Part shown: positions 8,546-18,391 of the stretch, piece by piece | Numbering within the stretch: the first letter of the stretch is position 1 | Layout: every line of letters starts with the position of its first letter | Assembly (NCBI GenBank): GCA_964421755.1 | Contig: CAYQYP010000368.1 | Coordinates: forward strand, 39,352 to 103,351 | Direction of reading: 5' to 3' | Length of the DNA stretch: 64,000 bases | From: an uncultured Acidobacteriota bacterium | Lineage (GTDB): Bacteria > Acidobacteriota > UBA6911 > RPQK01 | The notes under the pieces: generated by a model | The model's database searches: none | Seen by the model: the letters and a program-made list of their open reading frames with translations, nothing else | What the model was told of the DNA's origin: nothing | Translations under genes and position numbers: made by a program

Positions 8546-9190
8546 GTGAGAGAAAAGGATCGTGGTGAAACGAGAGCCAAGAACCCGGGATCGATCATAG
8601 ATCCCGAGCGTTTGGACGCTCTCGTAGATGCAGGCAAGAACGGTGACGTCACCGCCTTCTCGCAGCTCTATGCGCTTTACGGAAAGAAGATATTGAACTA
8701 TATCTTCCGACTGACGGGCTCGCGGGAAGAGGCAGAGGACTTGATGCAAGATACGTTCGTGCTGGCTTTCAGGAACCTGCATTCCCTCAAGGAGAATGCA
8801 AAGTTCCAAAGCTGGCTCTTCAGGATCGCGCAGAACAACGTGTTTCAGAAGTACCGGGGCAAGTTGCCGCAAATTGAGTCCATTGACGCCGAGGGATCGG
8901 AAAACTCAGCCGTTACCGAGCTTGCGAGCGGGTCGAAAGGACCCGAGGAAGCGGTTCTCTCCGCAGAACTGGAAAGAGTGGTTCAGCGAGTCATCGGCGA
9001 GTTGCCGGAAAAATACCGACAAGTCTTCGTGCTTTCCGCCATTCAGAAGCTGTCCTATCAGGAAATCAGCGAGATCGTCGGCCGATCGCTTGCCTCCGTC
9101 AAATCAGACATTCATCGCGCCCGAGTGGAAGTGAGGGACAAGATCAAGGAGTACCTAGGGGATAACTATGGAATGTCGAATCTACACTGA
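8546..9190 (+). CDS. ECF RNA polymerase sigma factor
   Basis: Region 2 AEDLMQDTF...FQSWLFRIA; region 4 LPEKYRQVFVL...SYQEISEI...VKSDIHRAR. Confidence 0.93.
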   Translation: MREKDRGETRAKNPGSIIDPERLDALVDAGKNGDVTAFSQLYALYGKKILNYIFRLTGSREEAEDLMQDTFVLAFRNLHSLKENAKFQSWLFRIAQNNVFQKYRGKLPQIESIDAEGSENSAVTELASGSKGPEEAVLSAELERVVQRVIGELPEKYRQVFVLSAIQKLSYQEISEIVGRSLASVKSDIHRARVEVRDKIKEYLGDNYGMSNLH

Positions 9191-9677
9191 ATCCCTAACC
9201 GCCCTCATGGACGGGGAATTGACACCGAAGGAAGAGACGGCGATCCGGACGCACATATCAGGCTGCCCCAGTTGTCGGGCCGAGTTCGAATCGCTTGATT
9301 ACAGCTACCGACTGGTCGATCAGATCGACCAGATCGAGTTTCAACCGGCCTCCTGGCCGCAGATCCAGGCCCGGCTGACGACCTCTTCGTCGAGGGGCTT
9401 CTTTTCCAAGCTGAAATTCCCCGGCCTCTGGATACCGATAGGCGCCGTTGGCGCGTTACTGCTGGTGGCAACCTCCTTGATGATGCAGTTCCCGGAAGAT
9501 CATACCGATCAAACTCGACAGGCTTTCCAGAGTTACATGCAGGAACGGCAACAGGAGATGATCAGCAGGGGTCTCATACAACCTACTGATCGAGGCAACC
9601 CGATTTTTGTTCATTACAACCCCTTCGCCGACGCAACCGCCAGGCCCAAGGGGAATCCTTTCCGGTCGGAGCGATAA
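9168..9677 (+). CDS. zf-HC2 anti-sigma factor with a transmembrane helix
   Basis: DGEL...HISGCPSC zinc motif and TM LWIPIGAVGALLLVA; overlaps the sigma gene. Confidence 0.88.
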   Translation: MECRIYTESLTALMDGELTPKEETAIRTHISGCPSCRAEFESLDYSYRLVDQIDQIEFQPASWPQIQARLTTSSSRGFFSKLKFPGLWIPIGAVGALLLVATSLMMQFPEDHTDQTRQAFQSYMQERQQEMISRGLIQPTDRGNPIFVHYNPFADATARPKGNPFRSER

Positions 9678-9681
9678 GCGC

Positions 9682-10110
9682 ATGTCAAGACTGGCTTCAT
9701 TATTCACGATTCTGGTTGTTTCGACCGCCTGGCTGGTTGGTCAAACCGACTGGGAAAAAACCCGCAGCATCGCGGAGGCGCAGCATGAGATCGTCATGCT
9801 GGCCATTAAGAATAAGCAGTACGACAAAGTCCTGCCCAATTCCAAGAAAATCTTCGCGTTGACGTTCCCGGCCAACCGCGAGCACCTCTTGGTAGACCAC
9901 GCCAAGCTGTCAAGCAGTCTCCTGGTTGAGCAGGCCAACTACCCCCTCGCCCACCAGATCGTGGACGAAGCGATAAAAGTGGTCCACAACAACAAGTCCA
10001 AAGCCGCCCTCCTCAAGGAAAAAGCCGTTATCTGCAGTCGCGAGGGGCACGATGGCGACGCTATGAAGTTCTTCGAACAAGCGGTTAAACTTGAGGAAGG
10101 AAAACCGTAG
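9682..10110 (+). CDS. Secreted helical/TPR-like protein
   Basis: Signal peptide; C-terminal TPR-like KEKAVICSREGHDGDAMKFFEQAVKLE; 4 nt after the anti-sigma gene. Confidence 0.65.
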   Translation: MSRLASLFTILVVSTAWLVGQTDWEKTRSIAEAQHEIVMLAIKNKQYDKVLPNSKKIFALTFPANREHLLVDHAKLSSSLLVEQANYPLAHQIVDEAIKVVHNNKSKAALLKEKAVICSREGHDGDAMKFFEQAVKLEEGKP

Positions 10111-10161
10111 CGCGGCTTCGAGCAGCCCGGCAGCCACAGCAGGGGCGGTTCAGCCGCCCCT
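10107..10161. repeat. Two GTAG/GCAG-led REP-like hairpins
   Basis: GTAGCGCGGCTTCGAGCAGCCCG overlapping the stop codon, and AGGGGCGG-TTCAG-CCGCCCCT (8-bp stem, 10141-10161). Confidence 0.5.
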
Positions 10162-10167
10162 CAAGCT

Positions 10168-11793
10168 ATGAAAACAAAACAGCCCGGGCAATCTTCCCTC
10201 CGGACCGATCGCAAAAGCGAATTCAAAACGGTTTCGGGTAAGGTCATCCAACCACTCTACTCCCAGGAAACACTCGGTCAGGTGGACTATGCCCAGGAAC
10301 TGGGCGATCCCGGCCAGTTTCCTTTCACACGAGGCATCTACCCGAGCATGTACCGGGGAAGGCTCTGGACCATGCGCCAGTTCTCGGGGTTCGGGACACC
10401 GGAAGAGACAAACCAACGCTTCAAGTACCTCCTGACGCACGGACAGACAGGGCTTTCTGTTGCCTTTGATCTCCCCACCCTGATGGGCCTAGATTCGGAC
10501 GACGGACTCTCAACCGGCGAGGTGGGTAAATGCGGGGTCGCCGTTGATTCGCTGGAAGATATGCTGATCCTCTTCGACGGGATCCGGCTGGACGAGGTCA
10601 GTGTCTCGATGACGATCAACGCCCCGGCGCCCGTTCTGCTGGCAATGTATATCGCCGTCGCCGAAAAGCAGGGCGTACCGGCCGATCAGCTTCGCGGAAC
10701 TCTGCAGGCGGACATCCTGAAGGAATACATCGCGCAAAAGGAATGGATCTACCCACCCGAGCCATCGATGCGCCTGGTGGTCGACACCATCGAGTACTGC
10801 TCGGCCAATCTTCCGCTGTACAACAGCATTTCGATTAGCGGCTATCACATCAGAGAAGCCGGGTCGACCGCAGTCCAGGAGCTTGCTTTTACCCTCCGGG
10901 ACGGAATCGAATACGCGGATTGGTGTCTGCAGAGGGGCATGCAGGTCGACGAGTTTGCACCCCGGCTCTCGTTTTTCTTCAACTGCCACAACGACTTCTT
11001 CGAAGAAGTCGCGAAATTCCGGGCCGCCCGCCGCCTCTGGGCGCGAACGATGAAAGAACGGTTCGGGGCGCGCAACGAGAAGTCCCTCATGTGTCGCTTC
11101 CACACCCAGACGGCGGGTTGCAGTCTGACCGCCCAGCAGCCTTACAACAACATCATCCGGACGACCATTCAAGCGCTGGCCGCAGTGGTGGGCGGAACCA
11201 ACTCGCTTCATACCAACTCGCTGGATGAAGCGCTCGCCCTTCCGACCGAACAGGCCGCGCGAATCGCCCTGAGGACACAGCAGATCATCGCTCATGAAAG
11301 CGGAGTGACCAACACGCCCGACCCTCTTGGAGGCTCGTATTTCGTCGAAACCTTGACGGAAGAGACAGAACAGGCCGCCGAGGAGTACTTCCGAATCATC
11401 GATGCCATGGGCGGCATGGTGAACGCGATCGAAAGGGGCTTTCCACAGACGGAGATTCAGGAGGCCTCATACCAGTACCAGAGAGCGGTCGAAAGCAAGG
11501 AGCAGATTGTCGTCGGAGTCAACGAGTTCGTCAGTTCGGACGACCAAGGCCCGGAGATCCTGCAGATCGGACGGCAGGCCGAGGAGGCGCAGATCAGACG
11601 GTTGCGGGAAGTGCGGAGTCAACGGGACTCGCAGGCCGTAGAATCGAACCTGGATACGTTGAAGCGAGCAGCTGAAACGACCGCCAACCTGATGCCGTTA
11701 CTTCTCGATTGCGTCAGGAGCTACGCCACTATTGGAGAGATCTGCGGAACACTCAAGGAAGTCTTTGGAACTTATACGGAGCCGGAATTCTAG
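10168..11793 (+). CDS. icmA: B12-dependent acyl-CoA mutase large subunit, isobutyryl-CoA mutase (IcmA)-like
   Basis: [45 protein letters not shown]; no B12-binding domain in this chain. Confidence 0.75.
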   Translation: MKTKQPGQSSLRTDRKSEFKTVSGKVIQPLYSQETLGQVDYAQELGDPGQFPFTRGIYPSMYRGRLWTMRQFSGFGTPEETNQRFKYLLTHGQTGLSVAFDLPTLMGLDSDDGLSTGEVGKCGVAVDSLEDMLILFDGIRLDEVSVSMTINAPAPVLLAMYIAVAEKQGVPADQLRGTLQADILKEYIAQKEWIYPPEPSMRLVVDTIEYCSANLPLYNSISISGYHIREAGSTAVQELAFTLRDGIEYADWCLQRGMQVDEFAPRLSFFFNCHNDFFEEVAKFRAARRLWARTMKERFGARNEKSLMCRFHTQTAGCSLTAQQPYNNIIRTTIQALAAVVGGTNSLHTNSLDEALALPTEQAARIALRTQQIIAHESGVTNTPDPLGGSYFVETLTEETEQAAEEYFRIIDAMGGMVNAIERGFPQTEIQEASYQYQRAVESKEQIVVGVNEFVSSDDQGPEILQIGRQAEEAQIRRLREVRSQRDSQAVESNLDTLKRAAETTANLMPLLLDCVRSYATIGEICGTLKEVFGTYTEPEF

Positions 11794-11821
11794 CCACACG
11801 TGGGGGACCAACGAGGCATTG

Positions 11822-12214
11822 ATGCAAATTTCCCGAATTCTGATCGCAAAACCGGGGCTCGATGGCCATGATCGGGGGGCGAAGGTTGTCGCTCGGGCTT
11901 TGCGAGACGCCGGTTTTGAGGTTATCTACTCCGGGTTGCGTCAGACACCGGAGCAGATCGTCAACGCGGCGATCCAGGAGGATGTCAACGCGATCGGGTT
12001 GTCGATACTGTCGGGTGCTCACATGCCTCTGTTCGACCGTGTCCTTGGCCTCTTGCGTAACCAGGGAGCAGACGATATCCTCCTGTTCGGAGGCGGAATC
12101 ATACCGGAGGCGGACATCTCGGAACTCAAGCGTATGGGAGTCGCGGAGATATTCCTGCCCGGGAGCGATACCCGTGAAATCGTGAAGTTTCTGCAGCAAA
12201 GGCTTAGTTCGTGA
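11822..12214 (+). CDS. icmB: Acyl-CoA mutase cobalamin-binding small subunit
   Basis: [13 protein letters not shown] (DxHxxG), [15 protein letters not shown]. Confidence 0.85.
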   Translation: MQISRILIAKPGLDGHDRGAKVVARALRDAGFEVIYSGLRQTPEQIVNAAIQEDVNAIGLSILSGAHMPLFDRVLGLLRNQGADDILLFGGGIIPEADISELKRMGVAEIFLPGSDTREIVKFLQQRLSS

Positions 12215-12912
12215 ATCCGGAGCACTACCCAGGCCTGGAACGCACTTTCCGTGAAAACTACCAGAGGCTGAAGGGCCAAGCCGCACCCGCCTTTGCCGTT
12301 CAGTTTTACCCGTATCGGAACCTCACGAACACGATTCGAGCCCGTGACGGGCGCATCCTGGTGAGAATCAGTGACATCCTGGAGGAAGCGCCCGAGCCTG
12401 TCCTGTCGGCACTAGTGGCAATTCTGCTCTACAAGCTCTGCCGTCGACGGGTCCCGCGATCCCATCTTGCGCTTTACCGCAGCTACGTCAACGAGCCGGC
12501 CACCAGAGCAAGAACCGATGCTATGAGGCGCCTCCGGGGACGCAAGCAGTTCGGGACTCCGGCCGGAGAGATTTTCAATCTCAAACAGATGTTCGACCGG
12601 CTGAACGCGGATTATTTCGACCACCGCGTGGAGGTCGCTCACCTGTCATGGAGCGCTCGCGTGAGCCGCCGCGTCCTGGGGCATTTTGACCAGGCCCATC
12701 GGGCTATCGTCATCAACCGGAAGCTTGACCACCCGCTTGTACCCGAGTCCGTGGTCCAGTACGTGCTTTACCACGAAATGCTCCATGTCGTTCTCGGCAT
12801 CGAGCACTCTGCGGAGGGGCGGCGTCACTGTCACCACGCAAGATTCCGCCAGGAAGAACGCAGGTTCGCCCACTACGCACGGGCCCGGCAATTCATCCGG
12901 GAGAGCTTGTGA
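12211..12912 (+). CDS. SprT-like/M48-like zinc metalloprotein
   Basis: HExxH in YVLYHEMLH; [13 protein letters not shown]; RVLGHFD. Confidence 0.75.
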   Translation: MNPEHYPGLERTFRENYQRLKGQAAPAFAVQFYPYRNLTNTIRARDGRILVRISDILEEAPEPVLSALVAILLYKLCRRRVPRSHLALYRSYVNEPATRARTDAMRRLRGRKQFGTPAGEIFNLKQMFDRLNADYFDHRVEVAHLSWSARVSRRVLGHFDQAHRAIVINRKLDHPLVPESVVQYVLYHEMLHVVLGIEHSAEGRRHCHHARFRQEERRFAHYARARQFIRESL

Positions 12913-13376
12913 AGATTGGGGTCCTCGCTGACACGCATGGTGTTCTAAGACCTCAGGTACTCGAAGTCTTTCGCGGCGTGGATCGTATCATCCACGCTGG
13001 TGACGTCGGCTCAGCCGAAATCCTCACACAGCTGCAGGGGCTGGCAGCAGTCCACGCGGTCTACGGCAATTGCGACCGCTTCCCGCTGACCGAACAGCTC
13101 AACGATCGCGAGATCATCGAGCTGGAAGGAATAAGGACGTTTGTCACGCATATCGGCGGCAAGCCAAAAGAAATTCGGCGGTTTTACCCGGACGTTCAGG
13201 ACGCCCGGCTGGTCATTTACGGCCATAGCCACCGCCCAAGCCGTGTAGAGGACGAGGGAACGCTGTTCTTCAATCCCGGGGCGGCCGGCCCCCGACGGTT
13301 TTCGCTGCGCCCAAGTGTCGGCCTCATCGAAATCCGGGACGGGCGGGTAGAAGCGGAGATCGTGGAGATCGGCTGA
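12909..13376 (+). CDS. YfcE/MJ0936-family metallophosphoesterase
   Basis: ADTH, HAGD, GNCD, GHSH and FNPG motifs. Confidence 0.9.
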   Translation: MKIGVLADTHGVLRPQVLEVFRGVDRIIHAGDVGSAEILTQLQGLAAVHAVYGNCDRFPLTEQLNDREIIELEGIRTFVTHIGGKPKEIRRFYPDVQDARLVIYGHSHRPSRVEDEGTLFFNPGAAGPRRFSLRPSVGLIEIRDGRVEAEIVEIG

Positions 13377-13615
13377 CCGGCCGACCGGCCCGGTTGGCCA
13401 GCTTTTGCGAGTCTCTCGTTGGTCCGACTTCCAAGTCGGACATTCGGCATGCCGGCCGGTTGGCTCGATGTTGCTGGCGGTGTGTAGTGTCCGACTTGGA
13501 AGTCGGACCAACATACACCGGCAAGCGCTGCTGCCCCCCGCTGACGGTGTGTTGTGTCCGACGACTCCTTCCCGCAGTGCGCAGTGGGCAGTGCGCAGTG
13601 GGTAGTGCGCAGCCG
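13377..13615. repeat. Composite repeat region: CCAACCGG palindrome, inverted REP doublet and GCAGTG(C/G) heptamers
   Basis: GTTG-GTCCGACTTCCAAGTCGGAC at 13418-13441 and its reverse complement at 13489-13512; six heptamers at 13574-13615. Confidence 0.85.
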
Positions 13616-13616
13616 G

Positions 13617-14606
13617 TCAGCTGGCCTGGGCTTCCACGCTCGCGAGGATGTCCTCCCGGCTTGCCGACGCCGTCCCGACACGCCCGACGACCACGCCGGC
13701 CGCATGATTGGCCAGATACGCGGCTTCCTGTACGTTCGCCCCGGCCGCCAGGGCCGCGGAAAGCGTGGCGATCACGGTATCTCCAGCCCCGGTGACGTCG
13801 TATACCTCCCGGGCAGCAGTCGGCAGGTGGAGGTACCGGTCGGGCTCCACCAGAGTCATTCCTTCCTCGCCCCGCGTGATGAGGATGTGCTCCGCGCCGG
13901 TCGTTTCAAGAAGCCGCCGCCCGGCCCGGATGAGGTCCTCGTCGCTGCTGATCGGTATGCCGGCGGCACGCTCTGCTTCCCGCTTGTTTGGAGTGATGAC
14001 CGACGCGCCGCGGTAGACAGCAAAATTCTCCACTTTCGGATCGACTGCCACGAACTTATCCCTCGCCCTGGATTCGCTTATGACTGCGCTGAGGAAGTCG
14101 GACATGAGAACTCCCTTGGCATAGTCGGAGATGACCGTGCCAACAGTGCGGTCAACTGCGCTGGAGGCGGCGGCGAGCAACTGATCGAGCACCGCGCCGC
14201 TCACTGCGTCGCGGCACTCGCGGTCGGCGCGACAAACCTGCTGATGATGCGCGATGATCCGTGTTTTAACCGTCGTCGCCCGGGCCTGGTCGATGATGAC
14301 ACCCCCCGTATCCATCCCCATCCTTCCCAATTCGTTTCGAAGCGTCACGCCTGCCTGGTCCCGGCCGACAACGCCAATCAATACGGGGCGTGCGCCGAGC
14401 GCGACGAGATTGGCGGCAACGTTTGCGGCACCGCCCAGATGGATCGTCTCCCGGGTAATTTCTATGACGGGAACCGGCGCCTCCGGCGAGATCCTTTCCA
14501 CTTTTCCCCAGATAAACTGGTCGAGGATGAGGTCACCAATCACGGTTACAGGCACGCCGGTAAAGCGCTGGAGCAGTTCCTGGACTCTGGTTCGGGTCAT
14601 TTGCAT
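13617..14606 (-). CDS. hldA: D-glycero-beta-D-manno-heptose-7-phosphate kinase (stand-alone RfaE domain I)
   Basis: GDLILDQFIWGKVERISPEAPVPV, GGAANVA, DVTGAGDT. Confidence 0.93.
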   Translation of the reverse strand: MQMTRTRVQELLQRFTGVPVTVIGDLILDQFIWGKVERISPEAPVPVIEITRETIHLGGAANVAANLVALGARPVLIGVVGRDQAGVTLRNELGRMGMDTGGVIIDQARATTVKTRIIAHHQQVCRADRECRDAVSGAVLDQLLAAASSAVDRTVGTVISDYAKGVLMSDFLSAVISESRARDKFVAVDPKVENFAVYRGASVITPNKREAERAAGIPISSDEDLIRAGRRLLETTGAEHILITRGEEGMTLVEPDRYLHLPTAAREVYDVTGAGDTVIATLSAALAAGANVQEAAYLANHAAGVVVGRVGTASASREDILASVEAQAS

Positions 14607-15667
14607 AGCAACCTGCTCACCGCGGCGAAGACGCGGTCAACGTCAATGGATTGAATACAACGTGGTTCGGAGTATTCCAGGCAGCGATAGCCCGGGCACG
14701 GTATACAGGGAAGATCGGACCGAACCAGTTCGTACCTAACTCCCCAGGGACGCCAGACAGCCGAGTCGGACGATCCAAAAACTACTGCAATGGGCTTTCC
14801 AAGCGCAGCCGCAATATGCGTGGCTCCGGTATCGTTGCCCACGTAGAGATCACAGAGCGAGGTCATCGCAATGAAATCGGGAATTGACATGGGCGGTACA
14901 ATACACGCCGACCCGGCGGTGAGCCCTCGAATCTCTTCCAGCAGCGGCTCCTCACCAGGGCCCGCGGTCACGACCACCTGCCTCGATGTCGCTGCGATCC
15001 GGCCGATCAATTCCGCGAAATTGCGGGCGGGCCATTGCTTGGTAGTGAATGCGGCAGCCGGATGCACGAGGACGAACGGCGAAGTGACGCCCAGTTGCGC
15101 CAGGAGGATCGCTATCTGGCTGACGCGGTTCGGGTGCACTGGTACCCGCAACGGAGGCACAGGTTCAACCGGGCACCCCAGGTATTTCAGCGGCGCCAGC
15201 TGGTGCTCCACCGTATGGAGTACGCTCGTCCCCCAGACGACGCGCGTATCGGGGACCCGGACGTTGTACAGGCGGGCGTTTCGACTCGTAGCATACCCAA
15301 CCCGGCGGCCCGCACCCGAGAGGAATGTCATGAGAGCGCTGGTGGTCCCGCCGTGCAGGTCGATGGCGACGTCCGGTCGGAATGCCCGAATGCTCCTGAT
15401 CGCCCGGACTCGGGCCGCGAACTTGCCTGTACGGCGATCGATAGCGACAATCGCGTCCAGGGCCGGATTGCCCTCGAGCACCTGGTTAAAAGGACTTTCG
15501 ACGACGACGCCAATCCGGGCACCGGGCAGTCGCCTGGCGGCTTCCAGGACCGGGGTCATCAGCACCGTGTCGCCCAGCGATCGCAGGCGCACGAAGAGCA
15601 ACCGCGGACTGGCCAGACGGCTCAGGTCGAATGGCTCGCCGCTCCCTTCCCCAGCTTTAGGAGTCAC
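14597..15667 (-). CDS. GT9 family glycosyltransferase (heptosyltransferase-like)
   Basis: RLRSLGDTVL, HPAAAFTTKQWP, GNDTGATHIAAA; GTG start chosen next to the Trm112 gene. Confidence 0.88.
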   Translation of the reverse strand: MTPKAGEGSGEPFDLSRLASPRLLFVRLRSLGDTVLMTPVLEAARRLPGARIGVVVESPFNQVLEGNPALDAIVAIDRRTGKFAARVRAIRSIRAFRPDVAIDLHGGTTSALMTFLSGAGRRVGYATSRNARLYNVRVPDTRVVWGTSVLHTVEHQLAPLKYLGCPVEPVPPLRVPVHPNRVSQIAILLAQLGVTSPFVLVHPAAAFTTKQWPARNFAELIGRIAATSRQVVVTAGPGEEPLLEEIRGLTAGSACIVPPMSIPDFIAMTSLCDLYVGNDTGATHIAAALGKPIAVVFGSSDSAVWRPWGVRYELVRSDLPCIPCPGYRCLEYSEPRCIQSIDVDRVFAAVSRLLCK

Positions 15668-15860
15668 TCTCCCTGCCTTGTGCCTCGGCTGGAGGCTCGA
15701 TCGTCGCCTCATCGATCAGCATGACCGGAATACCGTCTCGAATCGGGTAGACTCGGTAGCATTTCACGCATTTGAGCGCGTTGCCTGCCGGCGTCAACAC
15801 TACGTCGGATTTGCAGGCCGGGCACGCAAGGATGCTCAACAGCTCTTCACTTATTGACAT
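15657..15860 (-). CDS. Trm112-family (UPF0434) protein
   Basis: LLSILACPACK...C..C..VYPIRDGIPVML. Confidence 0.9.
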   Translation of the reverse strand: MSISEELLSILACPACKSDVVLTPAGNALKCVKCYRVYPIRDGIPVMLIDEATIEPPAEAQGRESDS

Positions 15861-15902
15861 CGGTTCCTCGCAAACGTTTTCAGTTTCAGACTCTAGCAGC
15901 TT

Positions 15903-16478
15903 TCACGCCGGGGGCAAAGATCCCAGCGTTACCGAGCGGAGCTTGGTATAGAGGGCGCCATCGGGCCGCAGATCGCTTCGGAACAAGTGCACTTCAGAGG
16001 CAGAGAACGAGCCCGCCTGCTCGCGACCGCCATCTTTCTGCAGGTAATCTTGGAGGATCCTGATGTTCGCGCGACCTTTGAGACGGGCCAGGGTCAAGTG
16101 CGGACTGAAAGGCCTGTCTTCCCGGGGAAAGCCGAGGATCTCCAGTTCGTCGTCGATCCGGCGCTGCAGATCCGTCAGCTCGGGGACCGCCTCGATTCCC
16201 ACCCAAACGACCCGGGGGCTGGCCGGGCCCGGGAAGACTCCGACCCGGCGGCATTGAATACGTAAGACCGGGATGCCGGCCGCCGCCTTCGTCAACGCCT
16301 CTCCGATCGCGTCCACCCGAGTTTCTTCGATGTTTCCGAGAAACTTAAGCGTCAGGTGTACCGAGTCCGGTTTGGTGAAGGACCCGTCCAGACCCATCTT
16401 CATAACCTTCTGAGCGATCACGGCAAGGTCACGCTTGACGTCATCGGACAGGGCAATAGCGACAAAAGTTCGAATCAA
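15903..16478 (-). CDS. thpR: RNA 2',3'-cyclic phosphodiesterase (2H family)
   Basis: Two HxT motifs (HLTLKFLG, HLTLAR); RTFVAI start. Confidence 0.92.
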   Translation of the reverse strand: MIRTFVAIALSDDVKRDLAVIAQKVMKMGLDGSFTKPDSVHLTLKFLGNIEETRVDAIGEALTKAAAGIPVLRIQCRRVGVFPGPASPRVVWVGIEAVPELTDLQRRIDDELEILGFPREDRPFSPHLTLARLKGRANIRILQDYLQKDGGREQAGSFSASEVHLFRSDLRPDGALYTKLRSVTLGSLPPA

Positions 16479-17725
16479 ACGAGCCTCCTTCTCAGCCAGT
16501 CAAGCGCGGTCCGGGCCGCTCGGATCCTGATAACGGCCCGGTCCCCGTTCAGCTGCAACTTGCGGGATTCCGTCCCGCTACCATCCGAGATACCCAGATA
16601 GACCAAACCGACCGGCTTCTCGGTTGTTGCTCCACCGGGCCCGGCGATTCCCGTGGCAGCGAGACCGATACTGGCCTTGGATCTCGCTCTTGCACCTGCG
16701 GCCATCTGTTCAGCCACGCATGGACTTACTGCGCCGTGCACGCTCAAGTCATCTTCTTTCACTCCAAGCCAATCGATTTTCGCCTGGTTGCTATACGTCA
16801 CGAAGCCGCCCAGCAGGTAATCGGAGCTCCCAGGCACCTCGGTCAGCATCTGCATGATCAATCCTCCGGTGCAGGACTCGGCCACGGCCAGCGTCTTGCC
16901 CTGTTGTCTCAGGAGCTCGCCCACGGCGCACTCGAGCGTTTGCTCCGCCTCGGCGTAAACCAGGTCGCCGAGAACCCCGCGGACCCGAGCGACCAGTTCA
17001 TCGAGCAACCGATGGCCTTCGGCTTCAGGCTGGTCCGCGTCGAGAGGACGCCAATAGAAGAAGAGATCGATAATGCCGGTTGATGCAAGGATCGTCGTCT
17101 CGACGTCCGCATAGGAGCGGTAGATCGGAGAAGCGAGGAAATCCACGCGGGATTCGGCCTCGCCGGCAATCTTCAGTTGCCGGTAAAGAGTAGTCTCGGT
17201 GCCAAGCCGTGTCCTGATTGCCGGGATCACCTGATCAACCACCATCGGTTCCAGTTCTCGAGGGGGCCCCGGCAGCAGAAAAATCAACTTGCCCGATTCC
17301 TCGAGCATGAGTCCGGGCGCGGTTCCGTTCGGATTGGGGAGCACTTGTGCGCCGCTTGGCACAAGCGCCTGCCGCTGGTTGTTCGGAGGCATGGTCATCC
17401 CCGTTCGCTGATACCGCCTCCGAATCTTCTCCAGGACCTGTTCGTCGAGCCGGAGCGGACGCTCGAGCACATCGGCAACGACTTCACGATTGATGTCGTC
17501 TGTGGTCGGACCGAGGCCACCGGTCAGGAACACCACATCGGAGGTCTCCAAGGCCCGGGCGATGCTGGCGCGTAAATCCTCGGCGCGATCTCCGACCACC
17601 GTCTTGCGTGCGACCAGCGCTCCGATCAAGTTCAGCTGACGGGTGATGAACAGTGAATTGGTGTCCAGACGCCAAGGCGTCAGGAGCTCAGATCCAACGG
17701 CGATGATCTCGGCACGAATAGGCAT
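16475..17725 (-). CDS. cinA: Competence/damage-inducible protein A (CinA, with NMN deamidase domain)
   Basis: AEIIAVGSELL, DTNS, GGLGPT.DD, AESCTGG, TGIAGP.G. Confidence 0.93.
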   Translation of the reverse strand: MPIRAEIIAVGSELLTPWRLDTNSLFITRQLNLIGALVARKTVVGDRAEDLRASIARALETSDVVFLTGGLGPTTDDINREVVADVLERPLRLDEQVLEKIRRRYQRTGMTMPPNNQRQALVPSGAQVLPNPNGTAPGLMLEESGKLIFLLPGPPRELEPMVVDQVIPAIRTRLGTETTLYRQLKIAGEAESRVDFLASPIYRSYADVETTILASTGIIDLFFYWRPLDADQPEAEGHRLLDELVARVRGVLGDLVYAEAEQTLECAVGELLRQQGKTLAVAESCTGGLIMQMLTEVPGSSDYLLGGFVTYSNQAKIDWLGVKEDDLSVHGAVSPCVAEQMAAGARARSKASIGLAATGIAGPGGATTEKPVGLVYLGISDGSGTESRKLQLNGDRAVIRIRAARTALDWLRRRLV

Positions 17726-17730
17726 GAATA

Positions 17731-18216
17731 TCAGCGGAAATAGTTGATGCCGGTAATGACGAGACCCGCATAAACGCCTGCGATCAGGTCGTCGCCTATG
17801 ATCCCGAAACCGCCCGGCAGGTGCTCCGCCCTGCCTGCTGGAAAGGGCTTGGAAATGTCGAAAAACCGGAACAGTACGAACCCGAGGATGAGGCTGGTCG
17901 TCGTGATAGGAACCCAAAGAAAACAGACCATTTGGCCGACCATCTCGTCGGCCACCACATTCTGAGGATCCGGGTCCTCTTCCAGACTAGCCATGCGGTC
18001 AGCTGCAACGATCGCAAGGATGCCCAGCACAACGAAGAGAATCCAGATGAGCGGAAGTTGAATCGCGGGCAGAAAAACGTGAATGAGGATAACCAGCAGG
18101 AGCCCCTCGGCCGCGCCCCAGGTCCCTGGGGCAAGGGGCATACGACCTGCGCCGAAGCCGGTCGCGAAAGCACGGACGAGGTGGTCGGTCTTATTCTGGT
18201 TCAGCATCCGTGTCAT
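17731..18216 (-). CDS. pgpA: Phosphatidylglycerophosphatase A
   Basis: [39 protein letters not shown]. Confidence 0.93.
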   Translation of the reverse strand: MTRMLNQNKTDHLVRAFATGFGAGRMPLAPGTWGAAEGLLLVILIHVFLPAIQLPLIWILFVVLGILAIVAADRMASLEEDPDPQNVVADEMVGQMVCFLWVPITTTSLILGFVLFRFFDISKPFPAGRAEHLPGGFGIIGDDLIAGVYAGLVITGINYFR

Positions 18217-18391
18217 GATCCTGAGCGACCGGTTTTTCCTGTTCCTCTTTTTTCTCGCCTGCTACTCGATACTCGCCCTCTAACCAACGGTAAAGATCAA
18301 CCATTCGGCAACGTTCACTGCAAAACGGCAGGAATGGGTTGTCGCGAGCGACTTCGGTCTTACAGTTGGGACACCGGAGGACAGCAGTCAT
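18191..18391 (-). CDS. yacG: DNA gyrase inhibitor YacG
   Basis: CPNC...PFCSERC..VDL..WL.GEY. Confidence 0.92.
   Translation of the reverse strand: MTAVLRCPNCKTEVARDNPFLPFCSERCRMVDLYRWLEGEYRVAGEKKEEQEKPVAQDHDTDAEPE

Noticed and set aside
13554-14654. Long antisense ORFs (also 1291..2409, 20387..21466, 23507..24607, 49042..50214, 55701..56639)
   Set aside because: They lie opposite confidently identified genes, have no motifs, and are expected shadow ORFs in GC-rich DNA.
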